Counted from the first letter of the stretch, positions 23,516-31,629 are shown. The stretch: 41,805 nt of DNA from Candidatus Altiarchaeales archaeon (GCA_014729705.1 WJJK01000172.1:1-41805); one strand, 5' to 3'. The notes: generated by a model from the sequence alone, not told the origin. Numbers and translations are program-made.

Positions 23516-25695
23516 TTTTGAATCCTTTCTGAAAACAAAGTATTTCTTTTCTGAATCTTGTCATTGTTAATAGCCTTCTCTATAGCAGAAGCCTGTCCCA
23601 AAACAATGACCTTTTTCTTAGCTCTCGTGATGGCTGTATATAGCAGATTACGCTGAAGCAACAAGTCACCGTGTGCCTTAATGAAAGGTATTATTACAAG
23701 AGGGTATTCTGTCCCCTGTGCTTTGTGGATAGTAATGCTGTATGCAAGTTTGATCATCTCATCAACAATTTTTAAAGGGATCTCTACCCGCCGTGTTGTG
23801 TCTCTAAAATCCTCAATATCTACAGTGACCTCATTGACGGTGATATGCACCACTTTACCTATATCACCATTGAATACATCAAGATCATAGTTGTTCTTCT
23901 TTATGATGATACGGTCGCCCTTACGTATCACACTATTACCTACTTTAATCTCTTTTTTGGCTGAATCTGGAGGGTTCAGCACACTCTGTAGCGCGTCATT
24001 AAGGGTATCTACACTTAAAGGCCCACGATTGCGAGGGGTTATGATTTGGAAGTACTTTTTGTCTGTGCGCGTCTTATTAGAGTCTTTGATCTGCTGTGCT
24101 ATACTAATAATATTGCTCTCAATTGCAGCAGGGGTCGAGCTTCGGATATGCCATATATCAGCTTTTCTATCCTGCCTAAAATAGGTTAGGTCAATATCTC
24201 CATCACGGATCCTCTTGGCTTCCTTAATAATCTCTGACTGCTCTTCCTGGCGGAAGATAGTGTCTAGAAAAATAGTCTTGATGGCTTTAGATTTAATGAG
24301 ATGCTTTAGAACGTACCCAGGTCCTACTGAAGGCAACTGGTCATTATCCCCTACAAAAACGAATTTTGTAGAAGGATATAGGGCAGATATAAGCCTGTAG
24401 AAAATTTCCTGGTCTACCATAGAAGTCTCATCTACAATGACAGCTTGTGTTGGGTACTTATTAAAACTGTTCAAAGTCCACTCACTGCCGCGGTAACCAA
24501 GTCTTCTGTGTATCGTGTAGGCGTTATGACCTGCCGTATCTCCTAGCTTCTTAGCACTAATACCTGTGGGGGTGAGAAGTTCAAATGAGATATTTTGTTT
24601 TTTCATCATCTCCACGAAAGCTTTTACAATAGTAGTCTTACCAGTACCCGGACTCCCTGTTACTATGAGTACCTTTTCTGATGCAAATGAATGTATAGCA
24701 TCTCGTTGAGCCTCTGAGAGTTCTATACTATGTCGCTTCTCATAACCCTTGATGAAAGTTTCAACATTTTTAGGATTAAGCTTACAGGTGTCCGGAGTTT
24801 GAAGAACTTTAGAAAGAAGCCGTGCAGACTCACTCTCGTAGAAATAACTCTGTAGTTCGTATATGTTATTCCCGTCTAGAACAATATAACCCTCTTTAAG
24901 AAGATGCTTCAGGTGAGGGGCTATCTCCTGTATGCTTATTTCTTCATCCTTAAGAGGGAATGGGGTTCTTCTGTTGAACTTATTGAAAGCAGCTGTTAAC
25001 TCAGCAGGCTTTAAATATAAGTGCCCACTGTGGAGGGACTCAATAAGTATATGAAGAATAAGATGACTCCATCGCAAAGGCTCTGACATATCTTTTCCGA
25101 GTTTACTCGCGATATAGTCACATGTTGTGAACCCAAATCCTCGGAAACACAATAGCCATGGATTATCCTTCAAGATCTCTTCAGTATTAGGACCAAACAT
25201 CGTAACAATCTTGCGAATCTTTAGAGTAGAGAGCCCAAGACCGTGAAGAAATACCTTAACCTCTTTGAGGCTGCGGTTGTCTGTCCAAGACTCTACAAGG
25301 CTCTGAGCGACTTTCTTGCCAATACCTTCTACCTCTAGGAGTCTTTCAGATTCTTGCTCTATAACGCGCTCGAGGTCAGCTCCAAAATGCTCTGCAAGCT
25401 TTAAAGACCGATCAGGCCCTATCCACCTGGCAATAGATTGGATGTAGAGACTAATACTACGAGTGTCATTGTCATGGTCAAAACTATGGGCGTCTGCACG
25501 GAAACCCGGACCATACTTTGGATGATTCCGAAAATTCCCGTGGACTTCTATCTTCACCCCGGGTATGAGATGAGGGAACTCTCCGTTGACGGAGATTACA
25601 GCTTTGTCATTGCGGCGTAAGAGAAAGACCTTAAAGTCATTCGTGGGGCTTTCATATACTATACGCTTAATACGGCCTATAACAGTCTCCATCAA
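23218..25695 (-). CDS. recD: RecD2-like SF1B DNA helicase
   Basis: VTGSPGTGKTT (Walker A), VIVDETSMVD (Walker B), VGDNDQLPSVGPG, SITIHKAQGTEYPLVI and YTAITRAKKKVIVLG. The N-terminal OB/HhH region is typical of RecD2. The last ~99 codons overlap the deaminase-like gene. Confidence 0.9.
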   Translation of the reverse strand: MMETVIGRIKRIVYESPTNDFKVFLLRRNDKAVISVNGEFPHLIPGVKIEVHGNFRNHPKYGPGFRADAHSFDHDNDTRSISLYIQSIARWIGPDRSLKLAEHFGADLERVIEQESERLLEVEGIGKKVAQSLVESWTDNRSLKEVKVFLHGLGLSTLKIRKIVTMFGPNTEEILKDNPWLLCFRGFGFTTCDYIASKLGKDMSEPLRWSHLILHILIESLHSGHLYLKPAELTAAFNKFNRRTPFPLKDEEISIQEIAPHLKHLLKEGYIVLDGNNIYELQSYFYESESARLLSKVLQTPDTCKLNPKNVETFIKGYEKRHSIELSEAQRDAIHSFASEKVLIVTGSPGTGKTTIVKAFVEMMKKQNISFELLTPTGISAKKLGDTAGHNAYTIHRRLGYRGSEWTLNSFNKYPTQAVIVDETSMVDQEIFYRLISALYPSTKFVFVGDNDQLPSVGPGYVLKHLIKSKAIKTIFLDTIFRQEEQSEIIKEAKRIRDGDIDLTYFRQDRKADIWHIRSSTPAAIESNIISIAQQIKDSNKTRTDKKYFQIITPRNRGPLSVDTLNDALQSVLNPPDSAKKEIKVGNSVIRKGDRIIIKKNNYDLDVFNGDIGKVVHITVNEVTVDIEDFRDTTRRVEIPLKIVDEMIKLAYSITIHKAQGTEYPLVIIPFIKAHGDLLLQRNLLYTAITRAKKKVIVLGQASAIEKAINNDKIQKRNTLFSERIQKWIKGEGTSLQSMFSEPENYQNAKLLKQLLSLEGKAYSDNVSENTPSKQELDNPPEVQRSKATLILGPTNRKSLHQVLNEIESLEEKNDTSSPLSDLPF

Positions 25696-25946
25696 CTCTC
25701 CTCATCCGTACATTTCCTCTTTTTTCGAAAAAGGGGTATCCTCGATACTCCATAAATTAGGAGTATGAGTATTAGAGGCACTATGACCGAGTAAAAAAAT
25801 ACAGTTACTGCTCCACATAGGATACTAAGCCCGTTGTAGTACCCATGCCGAAGAGCTTCAAGGGCGGCAGGGTCATAGCGGCTTGTTGCTGATAGACCAC
25901 CTACAATGAAGGTTACGAATATGACGGACAGAAAAATCCACCTCAT
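25692..25946 (-). CDS. small membrane protein (two predicted TM helices)
   Basis: Hydrophobic segments WIFLSVIFVTFIVGGL and GAVTVFFYSVIVPLILILLIYGV, followed by a basic tail. ATGA coupling on both sides. Confidence 0.55.
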   Translation of the reverse strand: MRWIFLSVIFVTFIVGGLSATSRYDPAALEALRHGYYNGLSILCGAVTVFFYSVIVPLILILLIYGVSRIPLFRKKRKCTDEES

Positions 25947-26578
25947 GATGCTGAGACCGTTTCTGACTTTAAGTATTTTTTATCGACACGAACGGCTATA
26001 TACTCACCCTTGATGTAGGTCGAAAACTTAAGTCCATCTGTAAAAGCAGCACCAGCATCAACAGCTAAAGCGACAACCTTGTCTCCTTCGCGAGTAGCAA
26101 ACTTACCTCCAAAGGTAAAGGCTCCTTCGGGAGTATCATACAACTTAACATAACCCTTAGTCGTGCTTCTTAGTCCGCCTTCACGCATACGGTCAACGAG
26201 ATTCTCAATAGTACCAAAATACAGAGTATCCGGCGGCTTCACGTATCGAACTTCTTTGTACTTGATGCGATCAGAACCATTGATGAGAATTTTACGATCT
26301 CGGTCCTTGAAATAGAGCTCAACAATGTGATTCCTATTGATATAGGGCAGCAAAGACTGTACAGCCTCTGTAATGGCGTCAATGGAGTAGAAGCCTTCCT
26401 CATCTTTTACGTAGGACCCGATCTTAAGAGCTTCCTCTTTACCCTCCATGGCCTCCGGGATTTTGCCTTGTAAGAGGTCTATAGTGGCAAAGAGGGCCTT
26501 CATCATGTCATCCTGAGACTTATAAAGAGTCGTAGGCGGTCTGCGAAAGTTGTTGCGTGGCCTGTTATTTGGCGTCAT
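25943..26578 (-). CDS. Tpt1/KptA-like (RNA 2'-phosphotransferase / ADP-ribosyltransferase fold) protein, catalytic tetrad not conserved
   Basis: KPPDTLYFGT, GGLRSTTKGYVKLYDTPEGA and VVALAVDAGAAFTDGLKF align with KptA blocks PPxFLYHGT, GL...R-x-YVHLS and V-x-L-x-V...GL-x-F. The ATG at 26578 has GGGAGGA upstream. Confidence 0.45.
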   Translation of the reverse strand: MTPNNRPRNNFRRPPTTLYKSQDDMMKALFATIDLLQGKIPEAMEGKEEALKIGSYVKDEEGFYSIDAITEAVQSLLPYINRNHIVELYFKDRDRKILINGSDRIKYKEVRYVKPPDTLYFGTIENLVDRMREGGLRSTTKGYVKLYDTPEGAFTFGGKFATREGDKVVALAVDAGAAFTDGLKFSTYIKGEYIAVRVDKKYLKSETVSAS

Positions 26579-26996
26579 CAGTTTTTCCTCCCGTATTCTT
26601 ATCGGAAAAGGTGTCATTACCGTCTACAGCATCTAGTGATGAATCTTCTGTATCATCACGTTCAGCAGTAAGTGTGCTTTCGCGCTCTAGTAATTTCTGG
26701 ATAATAAGATTTAAAGCCATATCTGTCACACGCATCTCTTGATACAGATGTCTCACCATAGAACGAACGAGTGAGTCTTCTTTCAAAAGAGCTAGGCGAA
26801 CTTCTTTTTCCTCACAAGTAGTCACGGATCGAAACATGCTAGTAAGATGTTTCATCATCTCTGTGTTGTACGAGATCTTCTTGTGGAGAAAACTCTTCAA
26901 ATCCTTAGAAAGACCTTCTAAGCTGAAGGTGAGTGCTGCATTCTTCAGCATGAACTCATTATACTCTTTCAGCCTATCGTCCATCTCATCTGACAT
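26565..26996 (-). CDS. hypothetical helical protein; first gene of the long minus-strand arm
   Basis: ATG 26996 with GGAG 7 nt upstream. The track ORF starts at TTG 27008. No motif recognised. Confidence 0.55.
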   Translation of the reverse strand: MSDEMDDRLKEYNEFMLKNAALTFSLEGLSKDLKSFLHKKISYNTEMMKHLTSMFRSVTTCEEKEVRLALLKEDSLVRSMVRHLYQEMRVTDMALNLIIQKLLERESTLTAERDDTEDSSLDAVDGNDTFSDKNTGGKTDDAK

Positions 26997-27272
26997 AAAT
27001 ATCTCCAAGTAGTTTTTGTGGACAGAGGAATATACGGGTTTGTTCGAGCATGTTAAACTAAAATCTCACACTATTTTTAAATCCTCTGTAAGACCCTTTG
27101 AGTCTGTATCCTCTTGATGCCACCTCTCCGCCTCATATGGTTCTTCTGGATCTCCTTCATCCTCTGGCTTTTGTTCTGTATCCCATCCTACCTCTACTCT
27201 GTCTTTTGGTGGAATAAGATTGATTCTGATCTAGTAGGAGATATACGTAAGTATATCGACTACTCAAAGAGT

Positions 27273-27299
27273 AGATACTACAGATCCTATAGCTAATAC
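27273..27299 (+). promoter_or_regulatory. 27-nt conserved element, copy 1 (candidate phage-specific promoter)
   Basis: AGATACTACAGATCCTATAGCTAATAC is identical to 28078-28104. It ends 58 nt upstream of the ATG at 27357. Confidence 0.5.
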
Positions 27300-27356
27300 G
27301 GAAAACACAACATTTTGAGGTAGATGTATGGATGGATAATAAATACTTTATAAAAA

Positions 27357-27785
27357 ATGGAAAAGAACGTATATTCCTTATCTCAGGAATCATCGTACCA
27401 GGAGGTAGGTTTGATCTTCACGATAGTATCACCTGATAAGCTTAGTCTTTCTATGTTTTTGGATTACCTGCTGAGTGTGTACAAGGATACTCCCTCTTCA
27501 GTGTTAGACTTGAATTGTCTCTATAGTATGGATGTGCAGAAGGCACAGATGCAAGACTCCTTACCTAAGGATCCAGATCATGTGCTAGTTATCAAGTATA
27601 AAATAAAAAAGCAGACAAAGTATCCTATTGGATTATGTAGCGAAGTCATTGATAAATCTAACCATATAATAAGTTTTGACCTCTTCTCTACACATCCTGA
27701 GATTAAAAAGACTGAGGATGAAGCCTTCTTGAAGCCTCTATTAGAGAGGTGGGAGGCTTCTGTTGAGAAGATGAATAATGTGTGA
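27357..27785 (+). CDS. hypothetical protein (142 aa)
   Basis: ORF between the two 27-nt elements. No SD directly upstream. No motif recognised. Confidence 0.5.
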   Translation: MEKNVYSLSQESSYQEVGLIFTIVSPDKLSLSMFLDYLLSVYKDTPSSVLDLNCLYSMDVQKAQMQDSLPKDPDHVLVIKYKIKKQTKYPIGLCSEVIDKSNHIISFDLFSTHPEIKKTEDEAFLKPLLERWEASVEKMNNV

Positions 27786-28077
27786 CTCTTTTAAAGAGCC
27801 CATTAGTATATTGTGTTCGTACTTAATACAGCAGAGGTTTGTAACTGGGTAGAATTTATAAGGATAAGCCAGGGGTATAGCCAACCGAGTGATCCTTGTA
27901 AATCCCGGCAAATGGGCCTTAAAGCTATTCTGAAGGAGCTTAGGAGCTCCTCCTTACACTGAAAGGTGTGAGTAGAACCGCCGATGGATACCCCATCAAA
28001 TGATGAGGGCCTAGGCCTTCCAGTAAGTGACTGATTTTTAGAGGGTTACTAATGGTCGACTAAATGGTAGCATTAAC

Positions 28078-28104
28078 AGATACTACAGATCCTATAGCTA
28101 ATAC
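28078..28104 (+). promoter_or_regulatory. 27-nt conserved element, copy 2 (candidate phage-specific promoter)
   Basis: Identical to 27273-27299. It ends 57 nt upstream of the clamp-loader gene ATG at 28161. Confidence 0.5.
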
Positions 28105-28114
28105 AGAAACTTAC

Positions 28115-28134
28115 GGAGTCTATACGTAGACTCC
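28115..28134 (+). other. 8-bp hairpin with a UACG tetraloop in the putative 5' leader of the clamp-loader operon
   Basis: GGAGTCTA-TACG-TAGACTCC lies 10 nt after element copy 2 and 26 nt before the ATG. The GAGG RBS follows it. Confidence 0.45.
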
Positions 28135-28160
28135 AAAACACTGGTAAGGTCGAGGTTCCT

Positions 28161-29156
28161 ATGTATTTCGAGAAGATACAAGGACATAGGGGTGTATTGT
28201 CTCTTTTAAAAGATCTGCTGTGTAGAGATGAGCTTGATGGCTTTTTTCTCTTCACGGGCCCAAAGTCCATTGGTAAGTATACTGTAGCTAAGAGGCTCGC
28301 TCAGTATGCTACATGTATAGGTACGATGGAAGATGCCTGTAGGTGTGAGACCTGTCGTCTTTTCCCTAGCATCCCGGATTATCTCGAGATAGATGATAGT
28401 GCATCTACCATCAAAACAGAGGACGTGTTGTCAATAGATGAGTTCTTGAGACTTGTTCCTTACAAAAGCTCACGACGTGTAGTCTTAGTGGATGATGCTG
28501 ATAGGCTCCATTACGCCGCGTCCGACAAGCTCCTTAAAATTCTTGAGGATTTGAAAAAAAGATGTACAGTCATCTTTGTGACAAGTCAGCCAGAAAAGAT
28601 GTCTCCGGCACTTCTATCTAGAGCAGAGACTGTTAACTTTCAATCTTTATCTCCCGAGGAAGCTATCGAGGTCTTGAAGCACAAGGGCTACCGTATAGGT
28701 ACACTTGGTGATCTGCAGAGGGCATTACCTTATTTAGGTAGTGGCGTTCTTCAGCAACCTAAGAAATATGCTTCATTGATGAAATCGATGCCTGATTTCT
28801 TAGGTAAGATGTCTAGGAAGGGTGGAGATGAGTTATTTACTCTGATTAAGGAAGAGGACGATAATGGAGACCTTTTGATGTTTACTGAGATTCTTATTAT
28901 ACTCCTCAACGACCTTCTGAAGATCCACTACGATAGTCCTGATGTTGTTGTGAATGTCAGCCGTCTTGATGAGCTCGAGAAGTTGACGAGTATGTGGTCT
29001 GATCAGGTCTGTATCGCATCTCTTACCAAACTATCAAATGCAGTCAGAGATTATAAGATGAATCTCAACCTAAAAAAGCGTTCACGACTTGAGTCCGCAA
29101 TAGCCTGGATGTCTCTATACCTAGAAAAGGAATCCTCTAAAAAGAGCAAAAAATGA
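28161..29156 (+). CDS. holB: clamp-loader AAA+ subunit, DNA polymerase III delta-prime-like
   Basis: LFTGPKSIGKYTVAKRLAQ is a P-loop-like motif. CRCETCRLF is the zinc module. VVLVDDADRL is the Walker B motif. LLSRAETVNF is sensor 2 (SRC-like). Confidence 0.8.
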   Translation: MYFEKIQGHRGVLSLLKDLLCRDELDGFFLFTGPKSIGKYTVAKRLAQYATCIGTMEDACRCETCRLFPSIPDYLEIDDSASTIKTEDVLSIDEFLRLVPYKSSRRVVLVDDADRLHYAASDKLLKILEDLKKRCTVIFVTSQPEKMSPALLSRAETVNFQSLSPEEAIEVLKHKGYRIGTLGDLQRALPYLGSGVLQQPKKYASLMKSMPDFLGKMSRKGGDELFTLIKEEDDNGDLLMFTEILIILLNDLLKIHYDSPDVVVNVSRLDELEKLTSMWSDQVCIASLTKLSNAVRDYKMNLNLKKRSRLESAIAWMSLYLEKESSKKSKK

Positions 29157-30082
29157 ATATCAATAAAAAGCTCTTCGAGGACCAGAACTATTTCCTTCTA
29201 GATGTAAAAGAACCTTTCATGGTGAATGAGTTCTTAAAAGAGGTACATAGGACCCTTCCAGAGTATAGGCTTGATGTTTGTTATAGCATCGAAGATTTTC
29301 TGGTCTTCTATCACCGCGGGGGTATGTTCAGCAGCGAAAAGCGGATCCTTGTTCTATGGGATTTTACTCGAGAGCACGTCGATGTTATTGAGTCTCTTAT
29401 GAGTGTGCCTACAGATGATATTATTGTATTAGTGCGTCGAGGAGCTATATCAAAGACTAAAGCATACACGCGCATCACAACCGACTTCACAACAGTGAAA
29501 TTAGAGAAACCCACGGAGCGTGGGTGCTCTACATGGGTACGAGACAAGCTAAAAGAGTATGGAGTTGAGTGCCAAGAAAAGGTCCCGAGTTATATAGTGA
29601 GTCATCTAGGTACAAATATGTATGCTCTGGATAGTGTGCTGAAGAAACTGCGTGTGCTTGGGAGAAATATATCTGTAGATGAGTGTGCGCGGTTGATATC
29701 ACAGACACATGAGGCTCGTTATTTTGATTTCATGGATTCTCTATTCCGGCGGCGTGTATCCAGCACACTCCAGGAATTCTCTAAAGTTGATGAGTCATCC
29801 TATGTACAGCTCATACATTTCATGATAGGCCAAATCGAGCGTATATATCGTGTGGCTTGTCTCAAGAATCAAGGCGAAAGTATCGAGGACATCTCTGAGA
29901 TTCTTGGAGTCCCAAAGTTCATTATGAAGACAAAAATGATGCCTGCAGTAGCATCATTTGGAAGAGTAAAGCTGATCAAGCTTCTTGATCTTGTAAATGA
30001 ACTTGAGAAGGTGTTGCGTGTAACAAAGCTTCCAAAAGACCAAGTGTTTCAGAGCTATTTATTAAAAGCCATGAAGACATGA
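29153..30082 (+). CDS. possible clamp-loader delta subunit (HolA-like)
   Basis: ATGA-coupled to the delta-prime-like gene. Size (309 aa) and the N-terminal NYFLLDVKEPFMVNEFL are consistent with HolA. The assignment is mainly positional. Confidence 0.35.
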   Translation: MNINKKLFEDQNYFLLDVKEPFMVNEFLKEVHRTLPEYRLDVCYSIEDFLVFYHRGGMFSSEKRILVLWDFTREHVDVIESLMSVPTDDIIVLVRRGAISKTKAYTRITTDFTTVKLEKPTERGCSTWVRDKLKEYGVECQEKVPSYIVSHLGTNMYALDSVLKKLRVLGRNISVDECARLISQTHEARYFDFMDSLFRRRVSSTLQEFSKVDESSYVQLIHFMIGQIERIYRVACLKNQGESIEDISEILGVPKFIMKTKMMPAVASFGRVKLIKLLDLVNELEKVLRVTKLPKDQVFQSYLLKAMKT

Positions 30083-30273
30083 TTTGGAATAGAAAAAATA
30101 GAGATAAGTCTTCAAAACCTTTTAGGGTGGTACCTGATGACCCTCGAAGACCTTGGGGCGGGTATGGTTTATATATTACAGGAGCGGGAAAAGGTCACGG
30201 TATTTGGGTAAAAGGTTCGAACGACCTTAAAGATTCAAAACCTTGCAAGGAATGTCACCCTCCCGGCCAATAA
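30079..30273 (+). CDS. hypothetical small basic protein (64 aa)
   Basis: ATGA-coupled ORF. No motif recognised. Confidence 0.4.
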   Translation: MIWNRKNRDKSSKPFRVVPDDPRRPWGGYGLYITGAGKGHGIWVKGSNDLKDSKPCKECHPPGQ

Positions 30274-30316
30274 TCTATTCATTGTATATGGAATAAGAAA
30301 TGAGTGGAGAGGAAGA

Positions 30317-30628
30317 ATGGCTCCTGAAAAAGAACTGTATGTAGATATTGATAGAGACCGTATCAGAGAGATTGTGTCTGAAGCACTTCGAATGATCCAC
30401 GAGTATGTAGGAGGCGATTTTATCTTGAGTCGTGAGGAAGTCATGGAGAAACTCGAGGTTATACTTAAGAATAAACGTATAGGTAGTATGCAATTTTTCC
30501 TACCTCTTGGTAGCCATAAGATACCGGATATGCAGCTGCGTGTTGATCCTCGCCGGAAAGAAGTGCTCTGTAAATCGGGTTTTAAGAGGAAAGTCATAAA
30601 GATCAATAGATTTTTGAGGGCATTGTGA
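30317..30628 (+). CDS. hypothetical protein (103 aa)
   Basis: ORF with GGAGAGGAAG upstream. No motif recognised. Confidence 0.55.
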   Translation: MAPEKELYVDIDRDRIREIVSEALRMIHEYVGGDFILSREEVMEKLEVILKNKRIGSMQFFLPLGSHKIPDMQLRVDPRRKEVLCKSGFKRKVIKINRFLRAL

Positions 30629-31107
30629 AAAGAGAATTTCTGTTTGTACGTTTTGCAAATAAAGAGACGGGTGTCTCTGAAGTAATAGATGAATTTCTTG
30701 AATTTACTGAAGATGATCACTCTCGAGAGATAGCATCTAGAACAAGAAATAATTTACCGGAGATATCTTTGTTTCTTAGGGATTTCAGGAATGCCTTAGC
30801 GGATATTATAGAGAATGGTATCAGCCAAAGATTTATAAATTACGTTGATTCTTACATGAAACCTTCTCTTACAGAGTATGTAGAAGGAAGCGGAACCAGC
30901 CGTACAGGAGAAGAACGTTGGATAGTACTAAAAGAAGAGGACACCCCGTGGGTAGAAGCTATCGTATGCTACAATTTGATGCTCTATATAAGGACATACG
31001 GATTAAAGGAACTCAAGCTTTGTCCTGTGTGTCAAAAGTTCTTTACTAATAAAGGAAAGTATGCTAAGTACTGCACTGAGGCATGTAAGATACAAGGAAA
31101 GACTTAA
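30625..31107 (+). CDS. hypothetical protein with a C-terminal CGNR-like zinc finger
   Basis: LKLCPVCQKFFTNKGKYAKYCTEACKIQGK resembles the zf-CGNR pattern (C-x2-C-x2-F...WC-x3-CGNR-x-K). Confidence 0.45.
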   Translation: MKREFLFVRFANKETGVSEVIDEFLEFTEDDHSREIASRTRNNLPEISLFLRDFRNALADIIENGISQRFINYVDSYMKPSLTEYVEGSGTSRTGEERWIVLKEEDTPWVEAIVCYNLMLYIRTYGLKELKLCPVCQKFFTNKGKYAKYCTEACKIQGKT

Positions 31108-31619
31108 TGGAAGCTGTTATTGCTTGTGGTATACAAAAAGCATATTTTAACAAGTCAGGCACTAGATACTTAGGAGAGAAAGCCGAGATACTAAAGGTCA
31201 GACTCGTAAGCTATTTGAGTTCTCTTGATAGAAAACAAATAGCTACTTTTATGGTGAGAGAGGTACATCAGCCTGATGATAAGTTTTATTTACGAACTAA
31301 GTCACATTCTTTGGTAGGTACACCGGACATAGAGATCCCAGAAGTATTCAAGCCTCATATAAAAATGGTTATCAATACGACACGACCTGGGGCCTTGTAT
31401 GCGACGCCCTTAGAGTCAGAGTTAAATAAGATAAAGCCAAGTCGTATTTATATTGTAGGTGTAGAAACACATACAAATGTGTTGTTCACAGCAGAGGAAC
31501 TACGAAACAGAGGTTATGATGTAAAAGCATTTGAGGCGTTAATGACGTCTGAGGATGATTATTTGCACGCGCTAGGTATCACCCTGCTGGCTAATACACT
31601 GTCTGTGCGGATAGACTAG
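31107..31619 (+). CDS. isochorismatase/nicotinamidase-fold protein lacking the Asp-Lys-Cys catalytic triad
   Basis: VIACGIQKAYF, HSLVGTPDIEIP and IYIVGVETHTNVLFTAEELRNRGYDVKAF align with the cysteine-hydrolase blocks (v-v-D-m-Q-n-d-F; H-C-v-x-g-t-x-G; l-x-i-x-G-v-x-T-d-x-C-V-x-x-T-a-x-d-A). The triad D, K and C positions are occupied by G, T and N. Confidence 0.5.
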   Translation: MEAVIACGIQKAYFNKSGTRYLGEKAEILKVRLVSYLSSLDRKQIATFMVREVHQPDDKFYLRTKSHSLVGTPDIEIPEVFKPHIKMVINTTRPGALYATPLESELNKIKPSRIYIVGVETHTNVLFTAEELRNRGYDVKAFEALMTSEDDYLHALGITLLANTLSVRID

Positions 31620-31629
31620 GAGTAATATT

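Noticed and set aside
27324-27353. A 9-codon mini-ORF (MYGWIINTL) with a GAGG RBS that ends 3 nt before the SD-less ATG at 27357. It could act as a translational-coupling leader.
   Set aside because: It is too short to evaluate from sequence alone and could be chance in AT-rich DNA. It is mentioned under the 27-nt element finding but not called as a feature.
27114-27393. ORFs 27114-27296 (+, hydrophobic 60 aa) and 27157-27393 (-, 78 aa), and likewise 28073-28270 (-, 65 aa).
   Set aside because: They have no RBS. Their composition follows from the CT-rich tract. The shared peptide ISYRICSI is just the translated 27-nt repeat, so they are most likely non-coding artefacts.
28007-28016. The GGCCTAGGCC perfect palindrome and the adjacent T5 run (28036-28040), considered as a terminator for the 142-aa ORF transcript.
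   Set aside because: As a hairpin, the palindrome leaves a loop that is too small. The CAGT/ACTG stem before the T-run is only 4 bp. This is not convincing as an intrinsic terminator.
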